DNA of 63,621 nucleotides, filler included, from Lenisia limosa (GCA_001655205.1; 10 parts of 10 records of this genome joined end to end with filler, not necessarily neighbours in it), one strand, 5' to 3'. Counted from the first letter of the whole stretch, positions 50,601 through 63,458 are shown. Notes: generated from the sequence alone by a model not told the origin. Made by a program: numbers and translations.

Positions 50601-53600
50601 TTTCGAGGAAAGTCCTGCTGTTGCCTCTTTACATGAAATGTCTCAACACTGCAATGGCTGCAAACCATGTGCCGGTGTGGTGTACCAAATTGCTGGACCA
50701 ACTGTTGGTGCCTTTTGTTCTTGTCATAATGCCTTAGATCCAACCTTATATCCACACGAAAATGATAGTACGGAAGTTGCAATCACCCATTATGACCACT
50801 ACCTTTGACGGTACTGATATCGATACAGTATCATACTAATATCCAGGACCCTTCAATCTTGATCCGGGAAGGACACGAGTGGAGCTGACAGATACGACGA
50901 TAGACTGTAGAGTTAACAACGTAAGACATTGCTACTCTCACCATTCGCAGACTACTATTTTAGGGGTAGTATCTTTGGCTGTTATTATTCTTGTTCAAAA
51001 CCTCCAAGAAAAAGGTAATTGCGTCAAAGAAACCAGTCACAATACAGACACTCAAGTTGACCCCTGGTCGTTTATTCCAACCATCAATGACACATTTTCG
51101 GGTTTGTTAGCACAAGGAATTTTGTCAAATGTTCACCTAGCGGGGCTCTCCTTCTTCAAAGACATCACTAGTTCTTGGTTCTAGTTAACTCAGACAATGT
51201 TTTCAAATATTCGCCTCAAACCAGTGTATTTGTAACATCACATCATTTGGAAGATGCCCGCTTTTGCGAGTTGATAGCAGCCTGCACCACTAAAAGGTTC
51301 ATCCGGGTTCCTTCAAGCCATTGTGGCCTCTTGCGTTCATCAGGCTACACTCTACAGGACTTAGACGCTATATTGGATTCTTGGTTCTCAACGTAAGCGG
51401 TTACAGGAATAGGTGCATCTAATATATAGCTATACCTTAATGTTAGAGCTATTAGTATTCTCGAAATGAAATGAAAACAATCTTTTGATCTTCAAATAGC
51501 TGCTGAATTGATTCTAACACTACTTAGCCACTTTGCATCTCCCACCTGCACTCCAAACGAATCAATGGTTAACCTTATGTCATACGTCACTGTAACGTCA
51601 AAACTAAAGCCTGAGTATTTTGATAAGGTTTGCTAATGTTACACTCAGCCTTTTAGTACTACTTAATCGAATGTGAAACCTCAGAAGCAAACGTCTGGAG
51701 AAGACCCAAGGAACTCCCTTCACGCCAATACATGCAGTTCTTCTTCGAGACTTACGAACAGCTCACTGTGTCTCCAAGAATGTCAACTGTTGTGTCGGTC
51801 TTGGACTCTCTCGAAATGCTCCAGTCATGCCAAATGACGGTAGACTTCCTCAGCAATCGACTCGGCACAATCAGCAGCTTTGTCCAGTCTAGCGGTGACT
51901 ACTATGAGGCAAAACACATTTTCGACACCCTAATAAATTCCTCAACATCAATAGATTGCACCTTATACCCCACAAGTTATGTTCCAGTTATTTCCTTAAA
52001 CGGTGACGTGTCATTTAACAGCGTCAGCAACTGCTTTGTATTTGAGTGTGGCATGCTGGAGAAGACGAAGCTGCTAACTGGCCACTCCGACTTTGGATGC
52101 ATGGTTGATGTTTCAGGGTTGACCGACAAGGCGTATCGTTGGCTTTGGGCCTCTGCACACTTCAATATCATACCACTCGAGAAATGTGTTGCACTCCTGG
52201 ACAAAATGGCAACTCAGATATCGTCCACTCTGGGGCCTGATATTTGGCTCTTATCTCGTTCTGTTGTACAATATGTGTCAACTAATAGAGATGCAGTTAA
52301 TCGCATTCTACAGGTGGGCGTAGATATTGTTATATCATTTTCAGATGCCAAGCTTGAGATCATTGAAATTCATTCCCGTTTCAAAAGGACCAAATCACAA
52401 GGCACTTGTCATGTGCTCAAGAATACTAAGAGAGTCTAGCTTTTGTAAAGAGGTTCGTTGAGTTCAAAATTATGTTTACTCTCTGTAGGTGTTTGCTAGA
52501 CACTACTTTAGTGAAAAGGCATCTGTTGTTCACTTGCATGATAAGCTGATCAGCGAAAACATTGACCCATCAATGGCGTTATCCGACCTTCGGAATATGA
52601 GCATGTTGGGGCAAGTGACACCTCTGCCTTTGGTGAGAGAACTGTTTAGATCAGCTGCTAGACAGTATTCAACGGTGCCCTGCCTGGATTCTGACCTAAA
52701 ATGGCAAACATCAGAAAATGTTCTCTATTACGCAAATAACCTTCTTGATGTGGCAAAAGTTTCATGTGTTCCAGTTGCTCACAGAGAAGTGTACTTGGAT
52801 AGTTTCAAGGAGCAGCACATGAAAGTCATACCAAATCAAATGGTGAAATCGGCCATCTCCAATGCTAAGTCTCTTGAAGAACTTGCAATTGTACTGGATT
52901 ATGCGTTAATTTACTGTCGACATGAAATTAGTGCAATTCATAGCCTAATATCAAAACGCCGACTCTTCAAATGTGACTATTTTGCGTACCAAACTTACAA
53001 GGTCCAATACAATCATTCAGTAATTTTACATTTGGTAATATAACATTTCTAGGAATTATATACACTTGAAGAACTCTGCCATTATGAAACAAATGATTAT
53101 ATGAAAATTTGTTTTCCAGTGATATCTCAAGTTTGAATAAGAATCTTATGTGACGATTTAGCAAATTCCTGCAGTTATCTTCAAGAACTTGCCCAAAAAC
53201 CAAATGAAATCTGCTGCTGCTCTTGACGCAATTCTGGTAATTAATTATCATTTATATATTTTAGGAATGGGGACAATGCTTTAAGGACAAGAGTATTGGC
53301 ATGAAAGATCACAACTATAACGCTCGGGTTGCCTCAATTCTCGAGGACAACATAAGCACCCTTCAGGTGCTCCAGAAATCAAAATGGATTGCTGTGAATG
53401 GTAAACTCCAGCCACTGTCTGCCCTGTTTCTGAAAACAGAGGGAACGTCTTGCTTTCTTTCTTTGCCGCCTGAATTCTCCCCAATGCTCAATTCACATAC
53501 AAAGGCAGGCCCCAGCTTCGATGACATACAGCAACAACTTTGTCATGGGTATTTGAGCCAACAAGACAGTTCTATCTTGCTGCGGCTCATGACCTCCTCC

Positions 53601-56600
53601 GCTGAAAAGCTTCACGTAATCCGGACTTACTCAGATGAGATTTTGGTTCAAACGAAGAGTGGTGAACAAGTTCCACTGATTCAATGCGTCTACGATGACC
53701 GATCCCTAGCAAATCAAAAGGTATGTGAATGTGAAGTCTGAAATCACTTGCAGACCAAAGAAGCTCCAACGGCCGTCCTCGTCATTAAACCGTATTTTGC
53801 TGAATTTGCCCCTCTGTTACGCTGCAAAACCCTTTCGAGCATTCTTGGCGAGGCCCATGTGGACTCCGGCGGTATGTACGTCAACCCGGTCCACGCATTG
53901 CGAAAGGTCTTAGAGGTGAGTTGGTCTCCTTATCACCCTTTGCAGCAATACCAGCCCTTGGACGCATTTATGGAAAGATTGCAAAACTGTGTCGATTCTG
54001 GTGGAACTGAGTTCAAAGTGTGTTCTAATTCCCATTTACTTGTCAGATATCGGTATATAATCCCGTCTTGAATCACCTTATTCAAGATGGTGATGTCATT
54101 TTCAATGGCTTGCAAAAAACTCTGACACAGTCACTTGTCTTTCAAACTAACTCACAGTAAATGAAGTGTAATGGTCACCCTGCTGTAGAGTCTCGCAATG
54201 ACTTCCGTCGCCTCTGTCGAATGATGTACAGTGACAAGGCCATGGACCCGTCTCAGGTGACAAGGGGCGTTTCTTATCAAGTGACATTACTCTTTCTTAA
54301 CATCTTTTAATATTATTAATTAACAACAAAGGTCGGAGAGCACGGAATAGGAAGCGGCTCTATCTTTCATTATGCTGACCTGGTGTACATCATTTCTGGT
54401 TCTTGGATCCAGATTCTTGATCCAGCCAGCACCGCTTTGGTTTGCATTTTTTCTTTGTCCCTTAACATTCCACAGCCGGAAAAAAATCTTGGAGGTTTAA
54501 GAATGAAACTTGAAGGTATGAACAGAGATGTCACTTCACTGAGTAGATTTCATGTTCTACAATCCTGCACACAAAAAATACTGGAGCGCTGAACTACCTT
54601 GCAAAGGTTGCTATACTTTTTATTGTATAATTTTTAGACAACTTTGTCACTGGAACCTTTGTGATTGCTCCGTTAAGAAACGAAACTGTTGGCATTTGTT
54701 TTTTTCTGACCCTTAGGTTGGAAATCATGTACCTATCAATCCACGAAAAGGAATGGAACTTTTGAAAGAGGTATGCAGGAAATCATACAAGAAATGAAGA
54801 AGCAACCCGATTAAACTGTTTAGAATTTACCACAATTTACACGTACGCTCTCAAAATGCCTGCTGTTTCTCACAGGGGTAAGGTTTCAATATTTCTCATG
54901 AAACAGTTTTCGAAACTAGTTGTTCAGTATGACGGAGAAACTACTGAGGTTCAGAGACATGAAGAGTGTATTTCCAGCAAAGAAGGTGTGATTGCTATCA
55001 TCGGTTACATTTTGTAGATCACAAGAGGCTTATAAATCTTCCATCTACTCCAGAGGAAGTAACTCAATTGATGGAGGTTTTGTTGACAAAAGGGAAGCAT
55101 GACGGTATCCCCTCGTAAGTAGAAAGATGTATTAAGATTTTCAGCATTGTCGAACTGACCAAGTTGATCAATCATGAAAAAAGAGGAAGCAATGAATACC
55201 TTTGTATGAGGTCAATCTCATATCCCGTTGTCAGTGACTCAGGGATTCCAACAAATGCTGACATCAAAAAACACCCCAATAGTTGCAAAGTATTTGCTGG
55301 CGCTGCAGTCCAAATAGGATTGAAACAAGTAGGCATGCACAATTTCAAAATGACAAATGTACTTTAGAAGTCTGAATACTTTTACACCAAATTGCTTGTT
55401 CGACATGTCAAAAGCCCCATTCCCGTCGCCTTAGATGGTGGGTCATCTTGTTAGTGAGTAACATTCAGGTCCATTCCGACTTGATGCAAATAGAACGGCC
55501 ATCTTACTGCAACCAGGATACCCCCCGTCTCCGTTCAACAAAGTTAAGAATCATCTTGCCTCTCACAATTTAGTCTGCTCTTCTTGGTTGTGTGCCATTG
55601 TCTATAGTTCAACTTATTCACGCACTCATTAACCGAAAAGGTGAGACTGTTTGCTATTGATTGTGTAGGTGCTGGTGCTGTCGACTCTTGGGGCTATATC
55701 CCTGAGCCAAATAACAAATTGAACCAAGTGTTGGTTGAAGGCATGGTCGCCCAGCTCAGGATCCACAAAACCAAGTTCTTCACAGCAGCGAATGGTAAGG
55801 CTGGAATAATTACCAGTAAATTATGGGGAGGGGCCTGGTGGGGGGGGGGGGAGGCGGAGAAAAAGCGCAAATACATTGTTTTTTGATCACCAGGCGAATC
55901 TCTCGAGGGCCTTCCTGGTTCAGTGTTATTTTGCTGTCATGAACACTTCTCTGCTTCTTCTGTCGCTGAGATCGGGGTGGCATTAGGAGAAACGGGAATT
56001 GACTTGGTTATGGTACCAGCAGCAAGGTGGAATACAATCAAGTTCTTTGGTGAGTTCTTTTTAGGGTTAATTGTCAAGGACTGAAAGAATCCAATTTAAC
56101 CAGTGAACTTCAACTGGTCACCAAGTTCAAAGATTCGGGTGACCTGATGTCAATTCGAAATGTGTTTTATGAAATGATTACTTTACCTAAAATTGAATTG
56201 GAATCGCTTAAGAAGCTTGCCAGAGGAGTATGGATGGGATTAAATATGTAACCTGTCTAGGCTCGTGTTATCCCGTGTGGCAAAAACAGAACTGTTTGGA
56301 GAGTGCCCGAAGAAATTCCAGACGCTTTCACTATAAAGTACTACTTTGAAGAAGAAGGCTTTAGACCTGACCTACCTCGAGTAACACTCAATGGTTTGAA
56401 GCAACTGAAACTTTATTTAAGTGCTACTCATCATATTGACCCGATTTCCTTTGTTCGAGAAAGGTTCTCTGCGTTTGGTGAATACGCTTCAAAAGTTGAT
56501 CACAAGATTGGACAACGGATCCTTTCATCTTTAATGGAGCTTGTAATTGTGAAGAAACTACATCCATCCCAAATGCCTATTCCTAATGTAATGTGCATTC

Positions 56601-58519
56601 CATTGAGGTCAACACCGTTCTGGGCTAAGCCTTCCCAAGTGAACACTTTCTACCCTTTGGTGGAGCAGCGAAAGACTTCCGATGTCAATGGAAACCCAAA
56701 TGAAGGGCTTGTGCTGGATGCCACGAACCTGGAGCCTAACCATGTAAAATGGTTGTTGCAAGCTACTCAGGTCCGGCAACTATCGGCTTCTGAGGCCGTT
56801 AAATTCATAGTTTTGAACGAAAATAAGTTGGACAGAGCTTGGTTGAAGCACATTTCTGTGAGCGTTCTACAAGCTCTATCACTTTTGGATCATCGAGAGG
56901 CTCTACAACACTCAAAAGCACCACCGGAGCTGATTCTTAAGGTAAGATGTCTGAGTACTTATACATATTCTAGGGTTATAAATCTGATTGGTTCAAACAG
57001 GTAAACTGGCTTTTTTGCCAATCTGAAGACAGGTTCGTTTCTCCATTAGAAGTGGTCACGGTTGGTCTGTATATATCATTAAGTTTTTAGAACTCCATTT
57101 TTACAAAAACGATCTTTTCAATATCAAGCCTCAACTTACCTGACATTGAAGTACCAAAAACTGTTCTCAAATTGTTGGGCATTTCGGATGAAACAGAGCC
57201 TGAATTTGCAAGAAAACAATTAGAAGAGATGAAGAAGAGCATTTTGTCTATTCCTATTGAAAAGAATGTTTCTGTTTTAATTGACCATTTGGTGAAGTCT
57301 GCCGCCGCAAATGGACCATCAACTAAGGCGAATCCCATCTACGTCCCTACAACCTCGGGGAAATTTCAACCAGCCCATCGTACGCTCCTTGGTTGTGATT
57401 CAAGACAATCCAAGACCATTCACTTTGGCCATAAGCTATTGGACAGAAATATCCAGAAAAAAGCAGGCAGTCAAACAGTACACCAATACGCCAAATCAAT
57501 TTCGCAGCAAACCGAAGTGCCTTTACCTCAGGTAAGTTCAGTAGTTGCTATCACAGTGTAGGCCACTGCAACTCAAGAAGTTGAAAAAATAGTTGTGAGA
57601 ATTGCAGAATGTAGTGGAAATGAAACTGACATTCAAATACGACCCTCATACGTTTGTCAACTGTCTACTGCCTAACTCTTTAGATTGACAGTAGATTGAA
57701 ATTACCATCAGAGATTCCTAATGGTAGCTTCATTGAACTGCATTATGCAACTAGCGCCGCTCCAAATGACAAGCAACTCGAATTCTGCAAAATACTGTTG
57801 AGCAAAGGATCTCCAATGTGTTTTGTCATATACAACGGAAACATGTTGTCTTATTCACGTTCTATGAACTATATCAATGAAATACGGATTTCAAAAGTAG
57901 GTTTCAAATTACTTTTTTACAATTTTTAGCAACTGTTTGATCTGTATCCGGACGTTCTTCGCCTAAATCCAAATGCTGACATGACTAAGGGATTCACTGT
58001 GTATGTTGTGAACTTAAACATCAACAGTGACAGTCTAAAACATCAATGGATACTTAGCAAGGCGATTGGCTCGATGGTCTTAAAGAGGAAACACAAAGAG
58101 TGGGAAGTCAAAAAGGTTGGCTCTCCAACGCAGACCAAAAGACTGTCATTTGCTTTTGAAGAAACGGACTTGATCATTAGTAAAGGTCATCAAGAACCCA
58201 TCCGTTGTACAGCAGCTAGGTCTCTTCAATCCCATGCGGTCTTACTCTTCAATGCCCTTTTCGAACTTGAAATTATCAACTACCCCCCACCACGACAATA
58301 CAAATATGATAGTAACAAATCAGGTCACAGTTGCTATTTAGTAGACTTTATTTGCGGATACTCATTTTTGAACTGGACCTCAAAGGTTATAGTAAAGTCC
58401 CAAGAAGATACACCAACACAGTTGGCCTCTTCTTTCTTTTTTTTTTGTCTTCTCATGTAAGTGTAGGATGCACAGAGTGATGATGACATGGGAGACTATG
58501 AAGAGTGCTTCACCAATGA
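41692..58519 (+). CDS. Giant sacsin-like protein (estimated >4000 aa) with three SRR/HSP90-like GHKL ATPase repeats and a possible degenerate fourth; C-terminus truncated by contig end
   Basis: N-boxes ETVQNASDAGA (42099), ERLQNCVDSG (49316, 53973); IYIYNNAK and LAFYNSS; G2 boxes VGEYGLGAQALYHL (42824), IGKFGIGSGSLFHCTD (49664), VGEHGIGSGSIFHYAD (54332); ALFRIPVRNEKSQL; QLTRRSLKW..WNGCIF; EAIFDDR/QCVYDDR..LHKDV pre-repeat motifs; long exons 44513-46237, 46270-47176, 47385-48320. Confidence 0.88.
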
Positions 58520-58644
58520 NNNNNNNNNNNNNNNNNNNNNNNNNNNNNNNNNNNNNNNNNNNNTTAATTAATTAANNNNNNNNNNNNNNNNNNNNNNNNN
58601 NNNNNNNNNNNNNNNNNNNGGGGGGGGGGGGGAGACGGTGTATA

Positions 58645-58788
58645 TTGCGCTTCACTTCGGTTCAAAAAAGACCGGTAAATTATCGATAGTTTTCGACTAT
58701 TTAGTCCGAAAAAGACCGTCAAAATATCGATATTTATCGAAGATTTATCAAGAAATTCAGTCTTATTTGGGACCGTAGGGAAGCCCTA
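58645..58788. mobile_element. MITE (family 1), long variant with duplicated internal module and variant right TIR
   Basis: TTGCGCTTCACTTCGGTTC...GGGACCGTAGGGAAGCCCTA; the internal AAAAGACC..ATATCGATA block occurs twice; no TSD match. Confidence 0.8.
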
Positions 58789-58799
58789 ATTATTCTTCT

Positions 58800-60230
58800 C
58801 AAATGTCTTGTCAAGTTCCCAGCCACCTTCTGGAGAACAGCTGTAGATCCAGTTCCACAGTACGCATTGAAGTAGTTATGGGACCTGCCGTAAACCTTCT
58901 TGGTTTCTGAAATGTGAAACAGAAGTGTGTAAATGAGTGATTTTTTTGATATTTTGTTTTTTCGAACCGAAGTGAAGCCCTACCAATGCACTCCCCTCAA
59001 TTGCCCCTCCCCCCAACTTGACACGACAACCAGGTGACTGTGGGTCATTTGCGTTGAATCCACCGCTTCTCCAGCCTTGGGGGGGGGGGGGGGGNNNNNN
59101 NNNNNNNNNNNNNNNNNNNNNNNNNNNNNNNNNNNNNNNNNNNNNNNNNNNNNNNNNNNNNNNNNNNNNNNNNNNNNNNNNNNNNNNNNNNNNNNNNNNN
59201 NNNNNNNNNNNNNNNNNNNNNNNNNNNNNNNNNNNNNNNNNNNNNNNNNNNNNNNAGAAAAAAACAAAGCAAATGTTGAGATATAGAAAAAAGAAATGCG
59301 GGGGAGGGGGGCATTCACATAAAGTATTTCCTCTCCTTGATCTTGATATCTCCCTGCTTTTACATGAAATTATGCCATTATAGCTTTGTCCTTATCAGCA
59401 CAATAAGGTCTCCTCTCCTACCGGTAAAGTCAGGTCCAGGATAGTAGCCTGCAGATCAGTGTCCCCGTCCGTTAGCTGTTTCTCGAGATTGTACCCCCCG
59501 CCGAAAAACTCCCCGTTGTCTGTAAGGAATTAAAAAAAATAAGAAAAAAAAATTAAAAAATAAACAGTTCCACTCAAAAAAAAACGCTCTTATACTTAAT
59601 TATTATTAATATTATTTATTTCCTTATTGAGAGTGATGACTGGAAAAATCAAGTCCTTACACATGTCTATTATCACACAGAAAGAAGTAATATGATGACC
59701 AAAGGGGGAAAAACCGAAGCAACGGTTGTTGAAACATTAACACAAGAATAACCAGATAGTCCCGAAATAATCATATTTCAGTTCATCATAATCAAAAGCA
59801 TGTGGTCATCAAAAAGAAATCAATGCAAAATCAATGCTCATAACGATCCAGACCATCAACCCAGTCATACCAAGAGCGATCATTGTGGAATGTGTGGAAA
59901 CTGTCAGCAAGGTAGCCGTACGGCCTGCTGGCAAAGGGGCCTGTGTTGTGAGAGAGGATTCCCCATATGTTGTTAGGAAAATATCTGTATTGTGGTATTG
60001 TAAGAAGAAAAATCTTGGTTAGAGAAGAAAAGTACCAGATAGGNNNNNNNNNNNNNNNNNNNNNNNNNNNNNNNNNNNNNNNNNNNNNNNNNNNNNNNNN
60101 NNNNNNNNNNNNNNNNNNNNNNNNNNNNNNNNNNNNNNNNNNNNNNNNNNNNNNNNNNNNNNNNNNNNNNNNNNNNNNNNNNNNNNCAACTGTCCATTTG
60201 AGCCTTGTCCCCAGAGATAGACTTCCCCAA
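58800..60230 (-). CDS. RCC1-repeat protein, partial
   Basis: GLGEVYLWGQGSNGQL, DNGEFFGGGYNLEKQL and TKKVYGRSHNYFNAYCGTG match the RCC1 blade consensus (G.vy.wG.N..GqLG). Confidence 0.75.
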
Positions 60231-60595
60231 GACCTAATACAATAAGATAAACCATCTCAAAGATACTACTAAACCATCTCAAAGATATAATAAGCAACTG
60301 ATATAATATTAAACTACTCGATATCATAGCATTATATGGAGTAAATGAGATTGACAGGGCTGAGCGATGACGGGATGTGGAGATGGGGGCTGAGAATGGG
60401 AGAGTAGGAAGAGAGAGGAGCTATGGGATCGAGCNNNNNNNNNNNNNNNNNNNNNNNNNNNNNNNNNNNNNNNNNNNNTTAATTAATTAANNNNNNNNNN
60501 NNNNNNNNNNNNNNNNNNNNNNNNNNNNNNNNNNGTGTGTTTGGGTGTTTGGGGGATACGATTGAGTTGAGGAGAGGGGAAGGGTCGCTGATTTC

Positions 60596-62008
60596 AGATT
60601 ATTGAGCTTTGAAAGCAGTGGCTACTCTAATGTGGAACAGGTTAATGTAATATCCTTGTATGCATCTTAGTCTGACATATGTTGCCGTTACCTCTTTTTT
60701 GACTCACATATCAGCTTGACGAGCGCATTGAAGCCCTCTACAAAATCACCTGTGACGTCAGCATTCTGGTGGGGGGTCGTCTAAGATCAAAAATCCCAAT
60801 AAATATCAATATTTATTGAGGATTTATCGAGATATTCAGCTTTTTGAACTGAGGGCCAGTTTTCAACAATGATTACCAATATCTCTTCTCAATTTTTAAC
60901 AGTATGGATGTCTTCCGCCACATATTTGCTCGATGCTTTTCAATTAGTATACATAATTTTAGCAATATAGCGGAAAGTTCATTTTGTAGTTTGAAGAGGA
61001 GAAGCCAAAAGAACAGCCTTCCGCCCCCAAAAAGAAGGAAGAAAAGGCAGAATTCACAGGTATAATGAAACTGCAGTAACATGCACCACTCTTATTATCT
61101 TTTCTCTTCCGTCCTTCACTTACCCCCCCCCCCCCCCNNNNNNNNNNNNNNNNNNNNNNNNNNNNNNNNNNNNNNNNNNNNNNNNNNNNNNNNNNNNNNN
61201 NNNNNNNNNNNNNNNNNNNNNNNNNNNAGACGACCACCATCACGATGAAGATCATCAAGATCAAGATGAAAAGGAAGAGAAGGGCGATGTTGCAGAGATG
61301 GAAGCTGAGGAAGAGCCGAGTGCTCCAAGTATGCTGGGGGGAGGAGGGGTAGTTTCTGTCTTGCAGGCTCATAAAATAGGAAAATACTCAATGGATTACT
61401 CAAATGGATTTGTAGTCTGAGGTTAGTTAGATTGGATGATTGAATATCTTACCACCAATATCTCTTAGAAGGATAGGGTTAGAAAAGCCTCTTATTATTT
61501 CACGTACTGTCCTATTTGTTTTGCCCCACTCATCCCCATTTCTAAGTCTTAAAGGATAGTCTTTCAAACACGGGTTTTTGGTGTTCTTTGCTGTTGTGTT
61601 TGCGAAATATTCCAAAATGAAATGATTAGGCAGTTGTTGATTTGGGTTTTTTTGATATACATTTCCCACTTACCCCCAAGGTGGCCTGTCTTACATGAAA
61701 ACGAAGCAGTTAACCGGCAATCTGATCAAAATGGCAGGCCGTATCTTTGCAGAGTCTTGCAGAGTTAGTGGAGGGGAAGGGATGGGGCAGGGATATTTCT
61801 TTTGTATTCCCGACAGAGCAAGTCCATTCACCTCGGTATAGAACGTACAAAACAAGTTCCACACCCAGGCCACGCACATTCTCCCTCGAGTATTCACACA
61901 GGCTGGCCTTGACGATGGTGGGGCTTAGATTCATGGGGGGATACACTGGAAATTCGAGTTTAGAGAAGGATCTGGTCAGACGTTCATACGCTTATCACCG
62001 CTCATTAT
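60596..62008 (+). CDS. Unidentified gene fragment with acidic/His-rich linker
   Basis: In-phase exons LLSFESSGYSNVEQ|LDERIEALYKIT, FEEEKPKEQPSAPKKKEEKAEFT, DDHHHDEDHQDQDEKEEKGDVAEMEAEEEPSAP with GT-AG ends. Confidence 0.5.
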
Positions 62009-62379
62009 AATACCCCTATATATATATATACTGGAAAGATGAGGTGCTGNNNNNNNNNNNNNNNNNNNNNNNNNNNNNNNNNNNNNNNNNNNNTTAATTA
62101 ATTAANNNNNNNNNNNNNNNNNNNNNNNNNNNNNNNNNNNNNNNNNNNNGTGGAAGGAGGGGATGCGATTTCGGAATCTGAGGGGGAGGGTTGAGTTGTG
62201 TTAAGTCTGTACCACCACCACAATCACCAGCAATCTTCATTCTTATTGCTCTTGTTTGGTATTGCATTTTTCATTGAAATTTCCTTCGTTTTACCATCCC
62301 GTCAAGTGTTTCTCAATTTTCTGTGTTAATTTTGGGTACTCATTTCATTATTTGTCCATTCTTACCCCTACGCTGGAGT

Positions 62380-62509
62380 AATGGGAATGCGGTGTTGTAG
62401 AAGCGACTGGCCTGAGCTTTATTTGTGTTGTTGTTTTCACCCTCGTGTGTTGTCAGCCAACAGAGTTGATTTTGGGCTTTTTTTGTTTCATAAATTTTAC
62501 CGCCCTCCC
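62380..62509 (+). repeat. Dispersed repeat family 2, most complete copy. Others at about 4548-4681 (+), 4160-4228 (-), 28258-28345 (+), 30255-30305 (-), 39470-39545 (+), 62978-63027 (+) and 63250-63325 (-)
   Basis: Shared ATGGGA(A)TGCGGTG..AGAAGCGACTGGCCTG(A/G)GCTTT..ACCCTCGTGTG..GCCAACAGAGTTGATTTTGGGCTTTTTTTGTTTCATAAATTTTAC(n). Confidence 0.8.
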
Positions 62510-62828
62510 NNNNNNNNNNNNNNNNNNNNNNNNNNNNNNNNNNNNNNNNNNNNNNNNNNNNNNNNNNNNNNNNNNNNNNNNNNNNNNNNNNNNNNNNNNN
62601 NNNNNNNNNNNNNNNNNNNNNNNNNNNNNNNNNNNNNNNNNNNNNNNNNNNNNNNNNNNNNNNNNNNNNNNNNNNNNNNNNNNNNNNNNNNNNNNNNNNN
62701 NNNGGAAAAAATACGTCGATATTTTTTCAATTAATTGCATGGAGCCTTCTAATTTTGTCAATTAATTTCTTCAAATTGAACATTGCGAGTTTTCACTCAA
62801 CAAAGTAAAGACATAATGACCACCCCAG

Positions 62829-63251
62829 GTAAAATGAACTACGAGCAATTTCTGGCTTCAAAGCGGAGAAAGGACGAAAGCTCAATGCTGGCTGAATCTG
62901 AGGATGAATGTGGGTGGAGTAATAGGGGCTGATCATCACTACAGTAATCACCTCTCTCTCAATCACTCATTACACTATTCAGCCAACAGAGTTGATTTGG
63001 GCTCTTTTTTTGTTTCATAACCCCCCCNNNNNNNNNNNNNNNNNNNNNNNNNNNNNNNNNNNNNNNNNNNNNNNNNNNNNNNNNNNNNNNNNNNNNNNNN
63101 NNNNATTGTACCTTTTCGCCAATATCATCGAAACCTCTTTCGTTTTACCCCCCCCCCCCTTGTAGCCAGCTCAGACCCCGGGGACCCAGATAGCGATGAC
63201 GTGATCATCCCTTCACGAGCCGTCTCAAAACCGCCCATGCCGCAGAGCCGC
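62829..63251 (+). CDS. Two exons of an unidentified gene
   Basis: VKMNYEQFLASKRRKDESSMLAESEDE and SSDPGDPDSDDVIIPSRAVSKPPMPQSR, each bounded by AG/GT. Confidence 0.4.
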
Positions 63252-63458
63252 GTGGGGGGGGGGGTAAAATTTGGATAATTTATGAAATAAATACAAACCA
63301 AAATCAACTTTGTCGGCTAGTAACACAAGAAGGTTGACAAAGCCAGGTTAGTCGCTCTCATTTATAGTCAATAATACACAGGGATACTGTCTCAATAACT
63401 TCCAGTAATAATTACATAATCAGACGTAACGAGTCACATACACAATAAAAATTATCAG

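Noticed and set aside
40662-58519. Sacsin contig as contamination or a recent horizontal transfer, given its few gaps, no clear MITEs and short introns
   Set aside because: The same short-intron class, GTTTG donors, G-tract introns (about 55840) and AT-rich TATGATA patches occur on the other contigs.
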